A DNA stretch of 64,000 nucleotides, from contig JBHGNT010000014.1 of NCBI GenBank assembly GCA_043228905.1, forward strand, positions 6,200,001 to 6,264,000. The letters are read 5' to 3'. The position numbers and the translations under genes are program-made. The notes under the pieces were generated by a model. It was not told the origin of the DNA, made no database searches, and worked only from the letters and a program-made list of their open reading frames with translations. Below are positions 10,366-23,938 of the stretch, in pieces. Origin of the DNA: Azolla caroliniana. Its lineage: Eukaryota > Plantae > Polypodiophyta. Position 1 is the first letter of the stretch; every line of letters begins with the position of its first letter.

Positions 10366-13291
10366 TGTTAGGAAACAGGTCCCTCCGGATGGGAAGTGAC
10401 AAGAACAATACTGATGAGCAAACTCGGCCGAGGCCGAATGGCCGAGGCTGAAACCGGATGTGGAGTACCCGGCATGAGCCGGATGGTGCAGAGCCGGTGA
10501 GAACCGGATGAAGAGTACCCAGCTACGGAAGACCCAGTGGGAACCGGATGAAGAGTACCCAGTTACGGAAGACCTGGTGAGAACTGGATGACGAGTACCC
10601 GGCTACGGAAGACCCGGTGAGAACCGGATGACGAGTACCCAGCAAGCGCCGGATGATGCAGGCCCGGTGAGGAGTGCTCACCGGATGAAGGGACATATTC
10701 GTAAATATGTTTTCTGAGAGTCCATCGGGGCTATATTTGTATATAGCCGAAAAGTCATATTAGTATAAATATGACTTAGGGCAAGCTCTTAGTATAAAAA
10801 AAAAGGGGGGGGGGGGGGGGTTGTCATTCTTGTTGGCGCAAGAAGAGAGAGCGCGTAACAGTGTACAGAGTGAGAGAGAGAGAGAAAGAGACGAAGGTTT
10901 CGTATCTCTGTTGTAACCGCCGACTGTGGCGAAGATCGTGAGCACGAGGTCGTTGCCTCCATGAGCTCACTGTTGTAATCATTGTGATATAGTGATAGTT
11001 TGCAGTCTGTGGGCTGTCGTGGTTTTTCCCTAGTTTGGGTTTTCCACGTTAACATCCTACATTCTTTTTTCTTTCCTGTGTACTCTTCTCTCCATTGTGT
11101 TGTGCCTTTCATTCCCATTTTTCTGTGTTTGATTTTAGACTCGGTTGTGGCCGAACGTTGTTCATCGGAGCGTGTAGTTCTTGACAAAGTGGTATCAGAG
11201 CGAAACGACACAGAAAATGGACGAATCGTTGGGAGGCATGTTCAAGCTCACCAGCTCCAACTATTCGGTGTGGAAGTCGAAGATGAGGGACATGCTCGTG
11301 GTTAAAGATCTTTGGTTGCCGGTTCAGTTCGAGGACAAGAGACCGGACAAAATCGACGCCACAATATGGGAGGTGATGCACATGAAGACAACGGCGTACA
11401 TACGGTGCTTCATTGACATGAGCCTATACAACAACTTCAATGAAGAGAGCAAGGCTCATGAGCTCTGGGAGAAGATCGGCATTATGTTTCAGAACAAAAA
11501 TGTTGTTAACCAAGTTTCAGTATTCTAGAAGCTAGTAAGACTCCGGTACCAAGATGGCTCCAGCACGATGGAGCACATGAATGCCTTCCAGGGGCTGATA
11601 CACCAGGCAACATCATTGGAAGTACCTCTCACCGACGAGGTACTAGCGCTACTCCTGCTCGGTTCCCTCCCAGATAGCTAGGAGATGTTGGTTGTCACTT
11701 TGGGCAACGCCGGGCTGGAAGGGAAACGGTTATCCCTAGCAAGAGTGAAGTCGAGCTTGCTAGATGAGGAGGCGCGTCGGAAAGATAAGGATATGAGCTC
11801 CGACTCCAAAGCACTCCTTACCGAATCGGAATGCGGAAGACAAAAACCGTAGTCCCCAGAACCGGGAAAAGTCGGGGACACGGTCAAAGTCAAGGGGGAG
11901 GCCTACTTGCTTCTATTGCAGCAAGCCGGGACACTTCCAGAAGAACTGTCGGCATTTCCGAAAAGACAAGGAAACTGACGGTACCAATTCGAAGCGGACA
12001 CCGGACCGGAACGGTAAAGACCGAAGGGGAACGGACCGGAAGGGAACAACGACAATCGCGGCAAGTGAAGAAGAGTTGATGCTCATCACCGAGGAGAGTG
12101 AGATAAACCTTGCTGGCGACGAGATGACCTGGGTGTTTCACTCCGAAGCGTCGTTCCACCTTACCCCGGACCGGAAATGCTTCTCATCCTACGCAACCGG
12201 TGATCACGGTTGTGTCCGGATGGGGAATGAAGGTACATGCCGAATTGTCGGCATAGGAAACGTGTGGCTGGCAACACCAACCAGATGCAAGATGCTGCTA
12301 AAGGATGTCCGACATGTTCCAGAGGTTCGTCTGAACCTGATATCAGCCGGTCGGCTAGATGATGAAGGCTACACGGGTAGCATTCGGAACGGTGTTATGA
12401 AGTTCAGCAAAGGGAGCCTGATTGTGGCTCGGGCCTGGAAGGTAAACACGTTGTACCTGATGAATGCCCAGTTCTGTCCGGAGGAAGTGAACGTGGCATC
12501 CGACACTGCCGGTGAGCTGTGGCACAAAAGGCTGTGTCACATGAGCGAGAAGGGGATGAAGAGGCTTGTAGACGATAACCTCATTCCAGTGAAGAACGTG
12601 CACTTGGAGAAGTGCACTGATTGTCTGGCCTGTAAACAAAACTGGACCTCCTTCCGATTGAGGCCATCGATGAGACGTAATGCACCACTGGAGTTGGTGC
12701 ATACTGATGTGTGTCAAGTGGACACGAAGTCACATGCAAGATCGCAGTACTTCGTGACGTTCATAGATAGATGACCACAGCCGGAAGCTCTGGGCCACAC
12801 CGTTGAAGACGAAGGATCAAGTGCTATCCATCTTCAAAGAGCTCCACGCGAGAGTGGAAACAGAAACCGGCCGGAAGTTGAAGGCGGTTCGAGCAGATAA
12901 CGGAGGTGAATATCGGGGGCAGTTCGAGGAGTATTGTCGCTTAAAGGGAATTCGGCTCGAATTTACCGTGCCGAAGACGCCAGAACTAAACGGGCTGGCC
13001 GAGAGGATGAACCGGACCATAATGGAGAGGGTCCGGAGTATGTTGGCGCATGCAAAACTACCCAAGAAGTTTTGGGCTAAGGCACTGTCGACGGTGACAT
13101 ATGTGATAAACAGATCACCCTCAGTACGCTTGGACGGAGACACTCCATAGAGAGTCTGGACCGGTAAGGAAGTGTCCTACCGGCATCTGAAGGTGTTCGG
13201 GTGTCTCGCGTACGTGCATGTAGCTAAGGACCGGAGATCAAAGTTAGATCCAAAGACCCGACCATGCATATTCCTCGGTTACGGTGACGAC
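10366..13291 (+). mobile_element. Copia family A element A2, 3'-truncated (5' LTR, PBS, gag, PR, GAG-pre-integrase, integrase)
   Basis: LTR 10366-11186 (TG..CA), iMet PBS TGGTATCAGAGC 11190-11201, ATG 11217 MDESLGGMFKL, CCHC knuckle, LWHKRLCH, RADNGGEY. Confidence 0.92.
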
Positions 13292-15345
13292 TTAAGTGGG
13301 ATATTCTAGATCCTCCACTCCCAAGTACATTTAATATAGTATTTACACCCTTGTACCTATATTCTCCTCACACATGTGCACCCTGCACATGAGATCTATA
13401 TATACCTCATTGTGGGTATTTTTGTATTTGATTATTGTAAAAGAATACGTGTGCGGAAGTGTATGCGTAAGACACAGAGTACACAGTTCGGAAGTATGAT
13501 AGTTTGGTAAAATGTAGAAATCACAAAGAAGGAGAAGGAAAGACACAGAGAGCAAAAAACAAAACTATATTCCAAAAATAATTCTCTGTATGTTCTCTGT
13601 ACATACTTCGTGCTCAGTGAGCACCTTTTATACAAGCCCTGACTATTGGGTTGACACAAGTACTGCCAGTACTTGACCGCTCATAAACGAGCATCCTACA
13701 CTTACTCCCAAAATTATTCCTTATGAGGAACAACATTCTAACGGCCTCTTGGTTCACACACCCCTACAGCCATGTGTGTATTACGCACCCAATCTACGCA
13801 CTAGGTTATGCACCCGTTTACGCACCCAATGTTGAGCTTGTATCTCAACAATGATGATAATGCTAATTTAATATAGAGTTAATCATCCCCCATCTTGCGT
13901 TGTTCATAAGTGTAACTTTCTCTCTCTCTTCCTCTTACACACATATCACTTAATCTTCCACTTAGCTTAATCACATAATTAGGTACTAATTAACCCTTGC
14001 TTAATTACCTAATTCTTAACATGGTATCAGAGCGTGTGGTTTAGCACATCCACTAAGCCCATCCGCCTCTTCGTAATTGTGTGTTCGAAACGGCGACGAC
14101 AAATTCCGGCTATCCGCTACCGTAGTGCCGCTACGTAGTACGAGTACGTGATCGAGGGAAGAAAATCGAAAAAGGAAGACAGACACTACATCAAAATGAA
14201 CACACAAATGGGTAGCTCGCTCCCTACTGAAAAGCTAGACCGGAGCAATTATTCATCTTGGGAGTACAAGATGACCCAATACCTCGTATGCCAAGGGTAT
14301 TGGAGCTACATCAACAACGCACAAGAACATCGACCCGACTCGAAGAACACTGACTACGCAACATGGGAGCAAGTGGCGAGTCAAGTCATGTATTGCTTGG
14401 CAACACGTGTCGACGATCACATGCTTAGCGACATTCAAGACGCCAAGACGCCTAAAGAGGCATGGGGGAACTTGAAGAAGATGTTCGCCGCCAACATGAC
14501 CGCCCAAAGCTTCAACTCCGACAAGAGTTGAACAACATTCGGCAAAAAGATATGTCTGTGTCGGACTACACCCCAAAATCAAGAGCATTTGCGACTCGCT
14601 TGGCTCCATCAACATAAATGTCGATGAAGACGAGATGGTTCAAGTATGCTTGGGCGGCCTTGCACAACGATTCGATCCATTATGGACAACAATCTTGGCG
14701 AGAGAAAACCCTCCTTCATTCTTTGACCTCCAATCAATGTTATTGATCGAAGAGAACCATGTCCGAACCAAGACGAAGACGTCAGAAGGACAAATGTTCT
14801 TCTCAAGTTCGGACAGTGGCCGAGGATGAGGTCATGGTGGTAGAAGAGGTCAATTCGGCCCATCACACGAAGGGAACTCAAACCTTCATGGAAGCCATCG
14901 AGGAACCTTCGGAAGAAGGGAGAGCTTCCATGCCGAACTAGGTCGGCAAATGAGGCCCGCAACTTGCAACTATTGCGGAAAAATCGGTCACCGCGGGGAG
15001 TGCCGAAAAAGAAGAAGTGAGTCGTCTTCGACAAGTCGACAACTCATTAATTACACCACCAACTCCGAATACAACGACTACGGTAGACTATTCGTAATGA
15101 GGCATAGGCTGAACTCTATGACAGCCTCTGACTCCACAAGCACCTCCAACTCAGAAGACATGTGGTTCGTCAATTCCGACGCCTCACATCACATGACATC
15201 CCACGAAGAGTGGTTTCCTAACTTACGAACGTCGGATCAATCTTGCTTCATAGAGACGGGAGATGACACCACACATCCCATTGGGCACATCAGCAATGTC
15301 CCATTCGGGAAAGAAGGCGAGCAAACTTGCATCAAGAATGTCTTG
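13292..15345 (+). mobile_element. Copia family B fragment: partial LTR (ends 14021), iMet PBS, gag-PR
   Basis: LTR homologous to 41990-42310; PBS 14022-14033; MNTQMGSSLPTEKLDRSNY.., CNYCGKIGH, WFVNSDASHHM. Confidence 0.88.
13436..13850 (-). mobile_element. Copia solo LTR nested in another LTR
   Basis: Reverse complement of LTR 21293-21706; TG..CA ends; TSD ATTAT/ATGAT. Confidence 0.85.
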
Positions 15346-15559
15346 CCATCAAGGTGATCGACTTTGTATTCGGGCATCTTACCTTTGCCTTTGTCCAAGT
15401 TCGAACTTGGCGCGAACTGCTTTGGTCGCGTGAAGGCTAATGTGGGCCACTTAGCTCAGTAGAGCTTGGATTGTCCTTTGGTAAGGGACTTGGCCGAATA
15501 TCGTCCTCCGAGTTGACGTTCAACTCTTCCTCAGTCGGGTTGGGTGGAGCCGAATTGGG

Positions 15560-18500
15560 TGTAAAGAATCAAGAGATGGATTCTTGTGAAGCGGAATAGG
15601 TGTGAACTGTGTGTGTATGAGAGAGAGTGAGAGAGTGAGAGAGACAAGGAGTAATACACAGAGAATACGCAAGGTAAAGTATATTAGCAAAGGAGAAAGA
15701 CTCAACATTATACAAGGTGGGAGGAGGGTGCTTTATGTAGTCACCCTCTCTCTTCATTAACTACAAGGCTCATGGAGCATGGGAAATGTGAAAGATCATA
15801 AGTTATGTGTCATAGAATATGATTCTATGACTCATACTAAATGCTAGAATACAAAGTGGTGACATAATGGCGACTCTTGACCGTTGAGGTGTCTCTTCAT
15901 TCTCAAGGTGAGTTGACACACTAGACCAAGTTGAGCTTGATTCTCGACACGCCCCCTCAAGCTCAAGTCGGGTCGGTTTCAGATGGTATCCGCTTCAATT
16001 CACGTTTGGGAGTCCGCGTCGACTCGCTTTATGCGAAGTTGCGGAATCCGTGCTCCAGCTTGCGTTGTGCGTAGTTATGAAGTCTGTGCTCCGGCTTGTG
16101 TCTTTCTTCGCGGCTTTGCGTGGTAGATCGGCTCTTTGCTGCTACGTTGCGTGGTTGCGGAATCTACGCGTTATTGCATAGTATCTTCAGTACTCCCCCT
16201 CAAGCTTGGTAGGTCAAGGATCGGCAATCCGAGATCGGTCATGAATTGCCATAGCTTGTCGGCTCCTAAGGCTTTAGTGAAGATGTTGGCCGTTTGAAGA
16301 TTGGTGCTTATGTGTTGTAGGTCGACATTGCCAGCCAGAACGCACTCTCGGATGAAGTGATAGTGCACTTCGATGTGCTTTGTCCGCGCGTGGAACACCG
16401 GGTTCCGAGCCAGATAGATACTACTCATGTTGTCGCAGTAAAGGGAAGTCGGATCCTTGATGGGTACGCCCAGATCCTTCAAAATCCTCTTGAGCCATAC
16501 GGCTTCACACGCAGCTACGGCTGCGCCCCTGTATTCCGCCTCCGTACTCGAAAGAGCGACGGTAGGCTGCTTCTTGCTACTCCAGGATATTGCTCCACTG
16601 CCAAGGGAGAAAACAAATCCGGAGGTTGATCTTCTATCAGCTTTGTAGCCGGCCCAATCGGCGTCTGTGTACCGCTCGAGTTGTATTGGCATCGCGGTCT
16701 TGTAGAGGATGCCGCAATCCATTGTGCCGCTCACGTAGCGTAGAACTCGCTTAGTGCAATCCAAGTGAGTATCACGCGGTGTTTGCATGAATTGGCTAAG
16801 GAGACCGACCGGATAACTCAGATCGGGTCGTGTGATCGTGAGGTAGATGAGACTCCCGATGAGTTGCCGATACTGAGTCGGCTCACACGCTTTGGTGCCG
16901 GAGTTCGCATCTAGTTTGAGATTACGATCAACCGGGGTTGCCACGGATTTGCACTCAGTCATCCCGAACTTGTATAACAAGTTGAGGATGTAGTGCCGTT
17001 GAGAGATCATGATTCCGGCCAGAGTCCGAATTACCTCGATGCCGAGGAAGTAGTGGAGCTCCTTCATGTCTGTCATGTCGAACTTGTCAGAAAGGAGGGA
17101 TTTGACTTTATTGATTTCGACGAGATGCTCACCTCCAATGACTAGGTCATCCACATATAAAATGATGACGATCGGACTTGCGGAATCGCTTCGTATGTAG
17201 AGGGAGTTGTCTGATTTTGACATACGGAAACCGATTTGATGAAGATATTGCGTTATCTTCGAATGCCAAGCACGCGGTGCTTGCTTGAGGCCATAGAGTG
17301 GCTTCTTGAGTCGGCAAACCGCTTTCGGATAGGTGCTTGAGTTGAAGCCGGGTGGTTGGATCATGTACACCTCCTCTTCTAATTCGCCTTGTAGAAAGGC
17401 GTTCTTGACGTCCATTTGATGGAGGTGCCACCCTTTCGCCGCGGCAATCGCAATTACGGTCCGCATCGTCGTCATCTTTGCCACCGAGGCAAAGGTCTCT
17501 TCGTAGTCGACACCATGAGTCTGAGCGTATCCTTTTGCTACGAGTCGAGCTTTGTAGCCGTTTACGGAACCATTGGCGTTATACTTCACCTTGTAGATCC
17601 ATCTGCATCCAATCGCCTTTTTGTGTGGTGAGGTGGGAACGAGATCCCACGTCTCGTTCTTCCGTAGTGCCTGCATCTCCTCGTTCATTGCTTCGATCCA
17701 TCTTGGGTCCATCACGGCTTCCGAAAAGGTTTCCGGCTCCCGTACTGTCGCTACCTTCATCATGAAGGCGTAATGGTATGCCATATAATCGTTGTAGCCA
17801 AATTGGCTTACAGGGTTCTTTTCACGAGTGGATCGGCGGAGTTTTTCATTTGCAGAAATGAGGGCTTTCTTAGCTCCGATTGGTACCTCGAAGCCGCCGA
17901 ACTCACTATCGAGTGAGTAAGTCGACTCATCGTCGATGAAGCAATCGTCTTCGTATTCCGACATTTTCGCCTTGCCTTTGTCCATCTTCGGGCTAGGCCG
18001 TGATGTGCTTTGATCGCTCAAAGGCTCTTGTGGTCCGCTCAGTCGGGTCGTGATCGGACTTTCTTCAATCATGCGCGTAGGGCGATCTTCATCCCCGATC
18101 TCTTGGTCGGCAAATTCCGGGTCGAGCGGAGTCGGAGTCGGAGTTGTCTCTCGTGTGTACCAAGATGCAGACTCGTCAAAGACGACGTCTCGACTTACCC
18201 GAGATTTTCGAGTTGAGGGGGTTATAGCACTTGTACCCCTTTTGCTCTAGTGAGTATCCTACGAGGATACATTTCTCCGACTTCGGGTCGAGCTTTTGAC
18301 GCTTCTCGTCGGGGATGTGCACGTATGTAATGGAGCCGAATATCCGAACATGTGATAGGTTCGGCTTCTTTCCGAAGAACCTTTCGTGCGGAGTGACCTC
18401 GTGCACGCCGGATGTTGTGCACCGGTTCATTAGGTAGACGGCCGTATTTGCCTCTTCGTCCCAATATGACTTGGGCATATGCTTCTCGTTCATCATGGCC

Positions 18501-21039
18501 CGCGCTACTTCGAGGATGTGCCGATTTTTGCGCTCGGCAACTCCATTTTGTTGCGGAGTGTGTCGGCAAGTTAATTCTCGCCGAATTCCTTCCTTTCGGA
18601 GATACGCCGTGAAATCATCCAAGAAGTACTCCTTGCCGCCATCCGATCGAAGGCATCGTACATGTCGGCCCATGGCTTTCTCGACTTCATTCTTGAACTT
18701 TTGGAAGTGTCCGAACACTTCGCTCTTTTGCCGCATCGGATAGATCCAAGTGTGCCTAGAAAAGTCATCGATGAAGAGCACGTAATATCGGCATCCGCCG
18801 AATGTCGCCGTTTGGGCCGGACCCCATACATCGGAATGAATTACATCGAGTACGCCTTTGCTCACATTCCGCTCCTTCGGGAATGGGTGTCGGTGTTGCT
18901 TGCCAAATTGGCACGCTTCGCATACACCTTCAATCTCCTTCTCTTTGAATGTCGGGAGTTCGATAACGACTCCTTTCGATCTCATTGCTTTGAGTTTGTT
19001 GAGATTGATGTGGCCGATTCGCTTATGCCATAGCTCTATGTCGGAGTCGGCTTTCGTGCTTTTTGCGAACATGGCGGATTTCATCTCGTGCGAATCGAGA
19101 ATGAACATCTGGCCCTCTCTTCTTCCGCGTGCGATGATTCAGCCTTCTTTTTCGATGAAGCACCCTTCTTGGTCGAATCGTACTTGCATCCCTTGCTCAA
19201 CCATTTGGCCGAACGAGACCAAATTCTTTGTGATGGTGGGAACATGCAAGACATTTTTAATGTATGTTTTCTTACCTCTTTTGCCGAACGGAACATTGCC
19301 GATGTGCCGAATCGGGTGCGTAGTGTCATCTCCGATTTCGACATAACCGGGTCGCTCCGGCTCTCGAAGTTCGAGAAACCATTCTTTATGGGATGTCATA
19401 TGGTTTGAGGCTCCCAAATCAACAAACCATACGTCCTCCGGATTGAGGGCACTAGTTGAGGTAGAGGACGACATAGACTTTGCTCTATGTTTCATCATGA
19501 ACATTCCGCCACGGTCGGACTTGTATGCGTACATTCCGCCACGATCCTCGTAGTCGGAGTTGTGCCTGTACATTCCGCTATACTCTTCGTAGTCGGAATT
19601 GTGCGCGTAATTCGTGAGTTGTCGGCTTGTGGAAGACGATTCACGCATCTTCTTTCGGCACTCTTCTTCGTGGTGGCCGAGCTTTCGCAATATCCGCATT
19701 CGGTTGCGTTTTGACAGCTCGGGCCGGAGTGGAAGCTCCCCCTTCTTGCGAAGGTTCCTCGTTGGCCTCCGTTTTGCGGCCGAAATTGGGAGTTGTTGTC
19801 ATAGGTCGGTCCTCGTCCGCCTTGTCCTTGGCCGAATCGGCCTCTCGCTCGTCCGCGTCCTCTTCCTCCATTAGAGTGCGTGTAGAGCATGTGGCCTTCC
19901 GACTCATTGCTCCTTGTACGCACGTGGTTTTCTTCGACCAATAGCATTGATTGGAGCTTGAAGAAGGAGGGAGATTTCTCTCGTGCTAGAACGGTGGTTC
20001 ACATTGCGCCGAACCGTGGTGCGAGGCCGTCGAGGCATATTTGCACCATCTCATCATCATCTACACTTACGCTTATTGAGCCGAGCGAGTTGCAAAGCTC
20101 CTTGATCTTCAAGGTGTATGTCGTGATGGACATATCCCTTTGTTGAATGTTGTTCAACTCTTGGCGGAGTTGAAGCTTCCTCGCGGTCGTGTTGGCGGCG
20201 AAAATCTTTCGTAGATTTTCCCACGCTTCCTTCGGCGTCTTGGCTTCTCGAATGTAACCGAGCATGTGGTCGTGAACACATGTCGCCAAACAATACATCA
20301 CACGGCTTGCGGCTTGCTCCCATGTCGCGTATCCGGGAGCCGCTTTGGTGGGTCGGTCTTCATGCGATCCTTTGATGTAACTCCAATAGCCTTGTCCGAC
20401 AAGGTATTGGTGCATCTTGTACTCCCAAGATGCGAAGTTGTTTCGATCCAACTTCTCGGTAGGGAGAGCGATCCCCATTTGAGTATTCATTATGTCGATT
20501 CTTCTTCTTCTTCTTCTCTCTTCGAATGCGAGCTATGTAGCGAAGCTACAATAGCGATGAGCCGGTTTTAGGTCGTCGGCGTGGAGCACAACACACAATC
20601 ACGATGAGGCGAATGGGCTAGATCGAGCTACCAAATCGCTCTGATACCATGTAAAGAATCAAGAGATGGATTCTTGTGAAGCGGAATAGGTGTGAACTGT
20701 GTGTGTATGAGAGAGAGAGAGAGAGTGAGAGAGACAAGGAGTAATACACAGAGAATACGCAAGGTAAAGTATATTAGCAAAGGAGAAAGACTCAACATTA
20801 TACAAGGTGGGAGGAGGGTGCTTTATGTAGTCACCCTCTCTCTTCATTAACTACAAGGCTCATGGAGCATGGGGAATGTGAAAGCTCATAAGCTATGTGT
20901 CATAGAATATGATTCTATGACTCATACTAAATGCTAGAATACAAAGTGGTGACATAATGGTGACTCTTGACCGTTGGGGTGTCTCTTCATTCTCAAGGTG
21001 AGTTCACACACTAGACCAAGTTGAGTTTGATTCTCGACA
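15560..21039 (-). mobile_element. Full-length Ty1/copia element B3
   Basis: 390-bp LTRs 15560-15949 and 20650-21039 (about 8 mismatches), perfect TSD TTGGG, iMet PBS 20638-20649, PPT at 15950. Confidence 0.97.
16171..20490 (-). pseudogene. gag-pol: B3 gag-pol (gag, PR, INT, RT, RNase H) with few disruptions
   Basis: ORFs 19999-20490, 19139-19699, 18176-19108 (RSDGGKEY), 16171-18072 (QMDVKNAF, YVDD, DADWAG, KHIEV). Confidence 0.93.
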
Positions 21040-21292
21040 TTGGGCTTATACCAAGATGCCGATTCGTCGAAGACTACATCTCGACTTACCCGAACCGCTC
21101 GAGTCGAGGGGTTGAAGCACTTGTATGCCTTCTTCTTGGATGAGTATCCTACGAGGATACATTCCTCCGACTTCGCATCAAGCTTCTGTTGTTGTTCGAT
21201 CGGGATGCATACATTTGCAATGCTTTCGAAAACTTTGAGGTGTGATAAGATCGCCTTCCTTCCGACAAGGAGCTCATATGGAGTTAGCTCAT

Positions 21293-23870
21293 TGTTGAGA
21301 GACGAGCTCAACATTGGGTGCATAAACGGGTGCGTAACCTAGTGCGTAGACTGGGTGCGTAAAACTGTATGCACAATATGGCCATAGCGGTGTGTAAACT
21401 GAGAGGCCGTTAGAATGTTATTTCTCGTAAGGAATAATTTTGGGAGTAAGTGTAGGATGCTCATTTATGAGTGGTCAAGTACTATAAGTACTTGTGTCAG
21501 CTCAATAGTGAGGGCTTGGATAAAAGGTGCTCATTGAGCATGAAGTATGTACAGAGTGTTATCTTTTCTCGTATAGAATTGTCTTTCTGCTCTCTCTGTC
21601 TCTCCCTCTCCTTCTCTGGGATTTCTGCGTTTTACCGAACTGTCGTACTTCCGAACCGTGTACTTTGTGTCTTTCGCATATGCTTCCGCACACGTATTCT
21701 TTTACATGGTATTAGAGCGCGAGGGTTGAGACTCCTTTACAGCCAACAGAAAAGCTTGCGATAAAGACAGAGTTAAGTTATTGTTTTCGGAAAGGATAAG
21801 ACAACAATATGGACAAAGGAATGGGAAGCTCGCTACCGACTAAGAAGCTCGACAAGAGCAACTACACATCTTGGTCGTACAAGATGCACCCATACCGGCT
21901 TGGTCATGGTTACTAGAGTTATGTCGAAGGAGCCAATGATACAACACCTGAATCAACACACACAGATTTTTCAACTTGGGAACAATCGGTATCGTGTGAA
22001 TTTTCTCACACTATGTAAAAAATAATAATAAATAATAAAATAAGTACTTTATATTAGCTTAATGGCATATTATAAAAAGATAGATGTTTGAGAAGATAGG
22101 GAAAATAGAACTATTATTTATCCCACATAGATAGGAAACTTAAGGCCCAGGCTATATAAGTACCTTGAGCTCCCTCATTTCTCATTTGTGCTAAGAGCAC
22201 TTTGGCCACTTTGTCTTAATGGATGATGGTGGCCAAGTTCCTAAAAACCGGAAACCGATCGGTATGCAAACTGGAAACTGGTCGGTAAGCAAAATCGAAA
22301 ATCGAAAACCGGCCAGTAAGCAAAATCGGAAACTAACTGGTAAGCAAATCCGGAAACTTGTCGGTAAGCAAACTCGAGAACCAACTGGTATGCAAATCCG
22401 GAAATTGGAAACTGGCCGGTCAACAAAACTGGAAACCGGTTGGTAAGCAAAACCGGAACCGGAAACGGCAAGCAAACTGGAATCGAAACTGGAACCGGCA
22501 AGGAACCGGAACTGGTCGGCAATCAAACCAGAATCGGCCGGCCAGCAAAATCAGAACCGGAACCGGCCGACGAGGGATTCAGCGATCGGGTGGAACCGGC
22601 TACTGGAGGTGGTTGGACGCTAACCGAACGGATAAAATGATCATGTGGCTAATTAAAGTGAAGTGAAGAAAACTAAAGTTAAGGTCATGTGGACGGTCGC
22701 ATGCAACTAAAAATAGATGCAACGAAAAGAAAAAGCTATGCAACTAAAAGTAGAGGCCATGCAACAAAAAGTGGAGGCATATGATCAACGGGGAACTCCA
22801 GATATATTCCATTTTTTTTCCTATACTCATATATTCCCTCTCCATTATTTTTCTTTTCCTTCTCGGTTCTCTTATCTTATCGAAGCCATAATACTCATAT
22901 AACCTAATCCTAATTTTCCCTACGGAAGATCTATCACTCATAATTCCAAATTTTTCCATACGGAAGCTATTCAACTCATAAACCATAATCTCTTATCAAA
23001 GCCAAAAAACCCTAATTTTCTATAGAATCCATATCTTAATTTCCTCTTATCTATTACTCTAGTAATCTCCATTAGCTAAACTTTTTGTAATCTCAATCTT
23101 AAGATTGATTGTAATCTTTCTTTCCCTTTATTAATGGAATTTGTGAATCTTTCTCATTTTGTATTGATTGTTTAATATAATCATACAAATCTGATATCTT
23201 CCGATTGGAGGCCCCGGGGTCTTGCCTCAAGTTCACGTATCCTTGTCGTATTTTTGCGACACCGGCAAGTAGAGTTCTTTATTGCTTCGCGTCTTGTGTG
23301 AGTGACCAACTCTTGAGCTACATTCGGGATGCTAAGATGCCAAAGGACTCGTGGGCGAATCTCAAGGGGATTTTTGCCACTAGCACAACGACCAGGAAGC
23401 TGCAGCTCAGGCAGGAGCTCAACAATGTCTGACAAAAAGATTTGTCTATGGCCGATTACATGGCCCAAATCAAGGAGATCTGTGACTCTTTCGCCTCCGT
23501 CAACTTGAACGTTGAGGAGGACGAAATGGTGCAGGTTTTTCTTGGAGGGTTAGCGTCAAAGTTTGGAGCATTCCGAACGGTAGTCTACACAAGGGAGAAT
23601 ACGCCTTCGTTCTTCGAGCTTCAGTCGATGTTGCTCGTGGAGGAAAATCACGCAGGTGCGTCGACGAATAAACACGTCGAGGGCAGGATGTTGTACACGG
23701 AGGAAGATAGGCCCAGTGGTTGTGGTGGACGAGGCAGATTGGCACGCAATGGAGGCGGTTGAAAAGAGCAGATTGCGCCGCATAATCGAAATGCTAGAAG
23801 CAATTCCAAACCCTCTGGAAGCAGGGGGAGTCATAGCGGAAGAGACGCAGGAAGACATCAGAAATCGCAC
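21293..23870 (+). mobile_element. Copia family B 5' fragment (LTR, PBS, gag) interrupted by a gypsy solo LTR
   Basis: LTR 21293-21706, PBS TGGTATTAGAGC, gag ..WEQ|ASRVLYCFASC..RKLQLRQEL. Confidence 0.88.
21990..23261 (+). mobile_element. Gypsy-lineage solo LTR
   Basis: Ends T(A)TCGT..GCGACA, start resembles the G1 LTR, 4-bp TSD TCGG/CCGG splitting the copia gag; internal AAACCGG/GTAAGCAAA array ~22245-22600. Confidence 0.8.
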
Positions 23871-23938
23871 TACGCCGAGGGCTCCGAACGAGCCATAAAT
23901 GGATCGGGCCCAACCTTCATAATGTGCACACTTAATTA

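Larger units (their letters stand above)
15346..21292 (-). mobile_element. Copia family B integrase/linker remnant (15346-15559 + 21040-21292) split by element B3
   Basis: KLDAKSEECILVGYS..VSRDVVFDES on the right, KLDKGKGKMPEY-like linker on the left, joined across TSD TTGGG. Confidence 0.75.
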
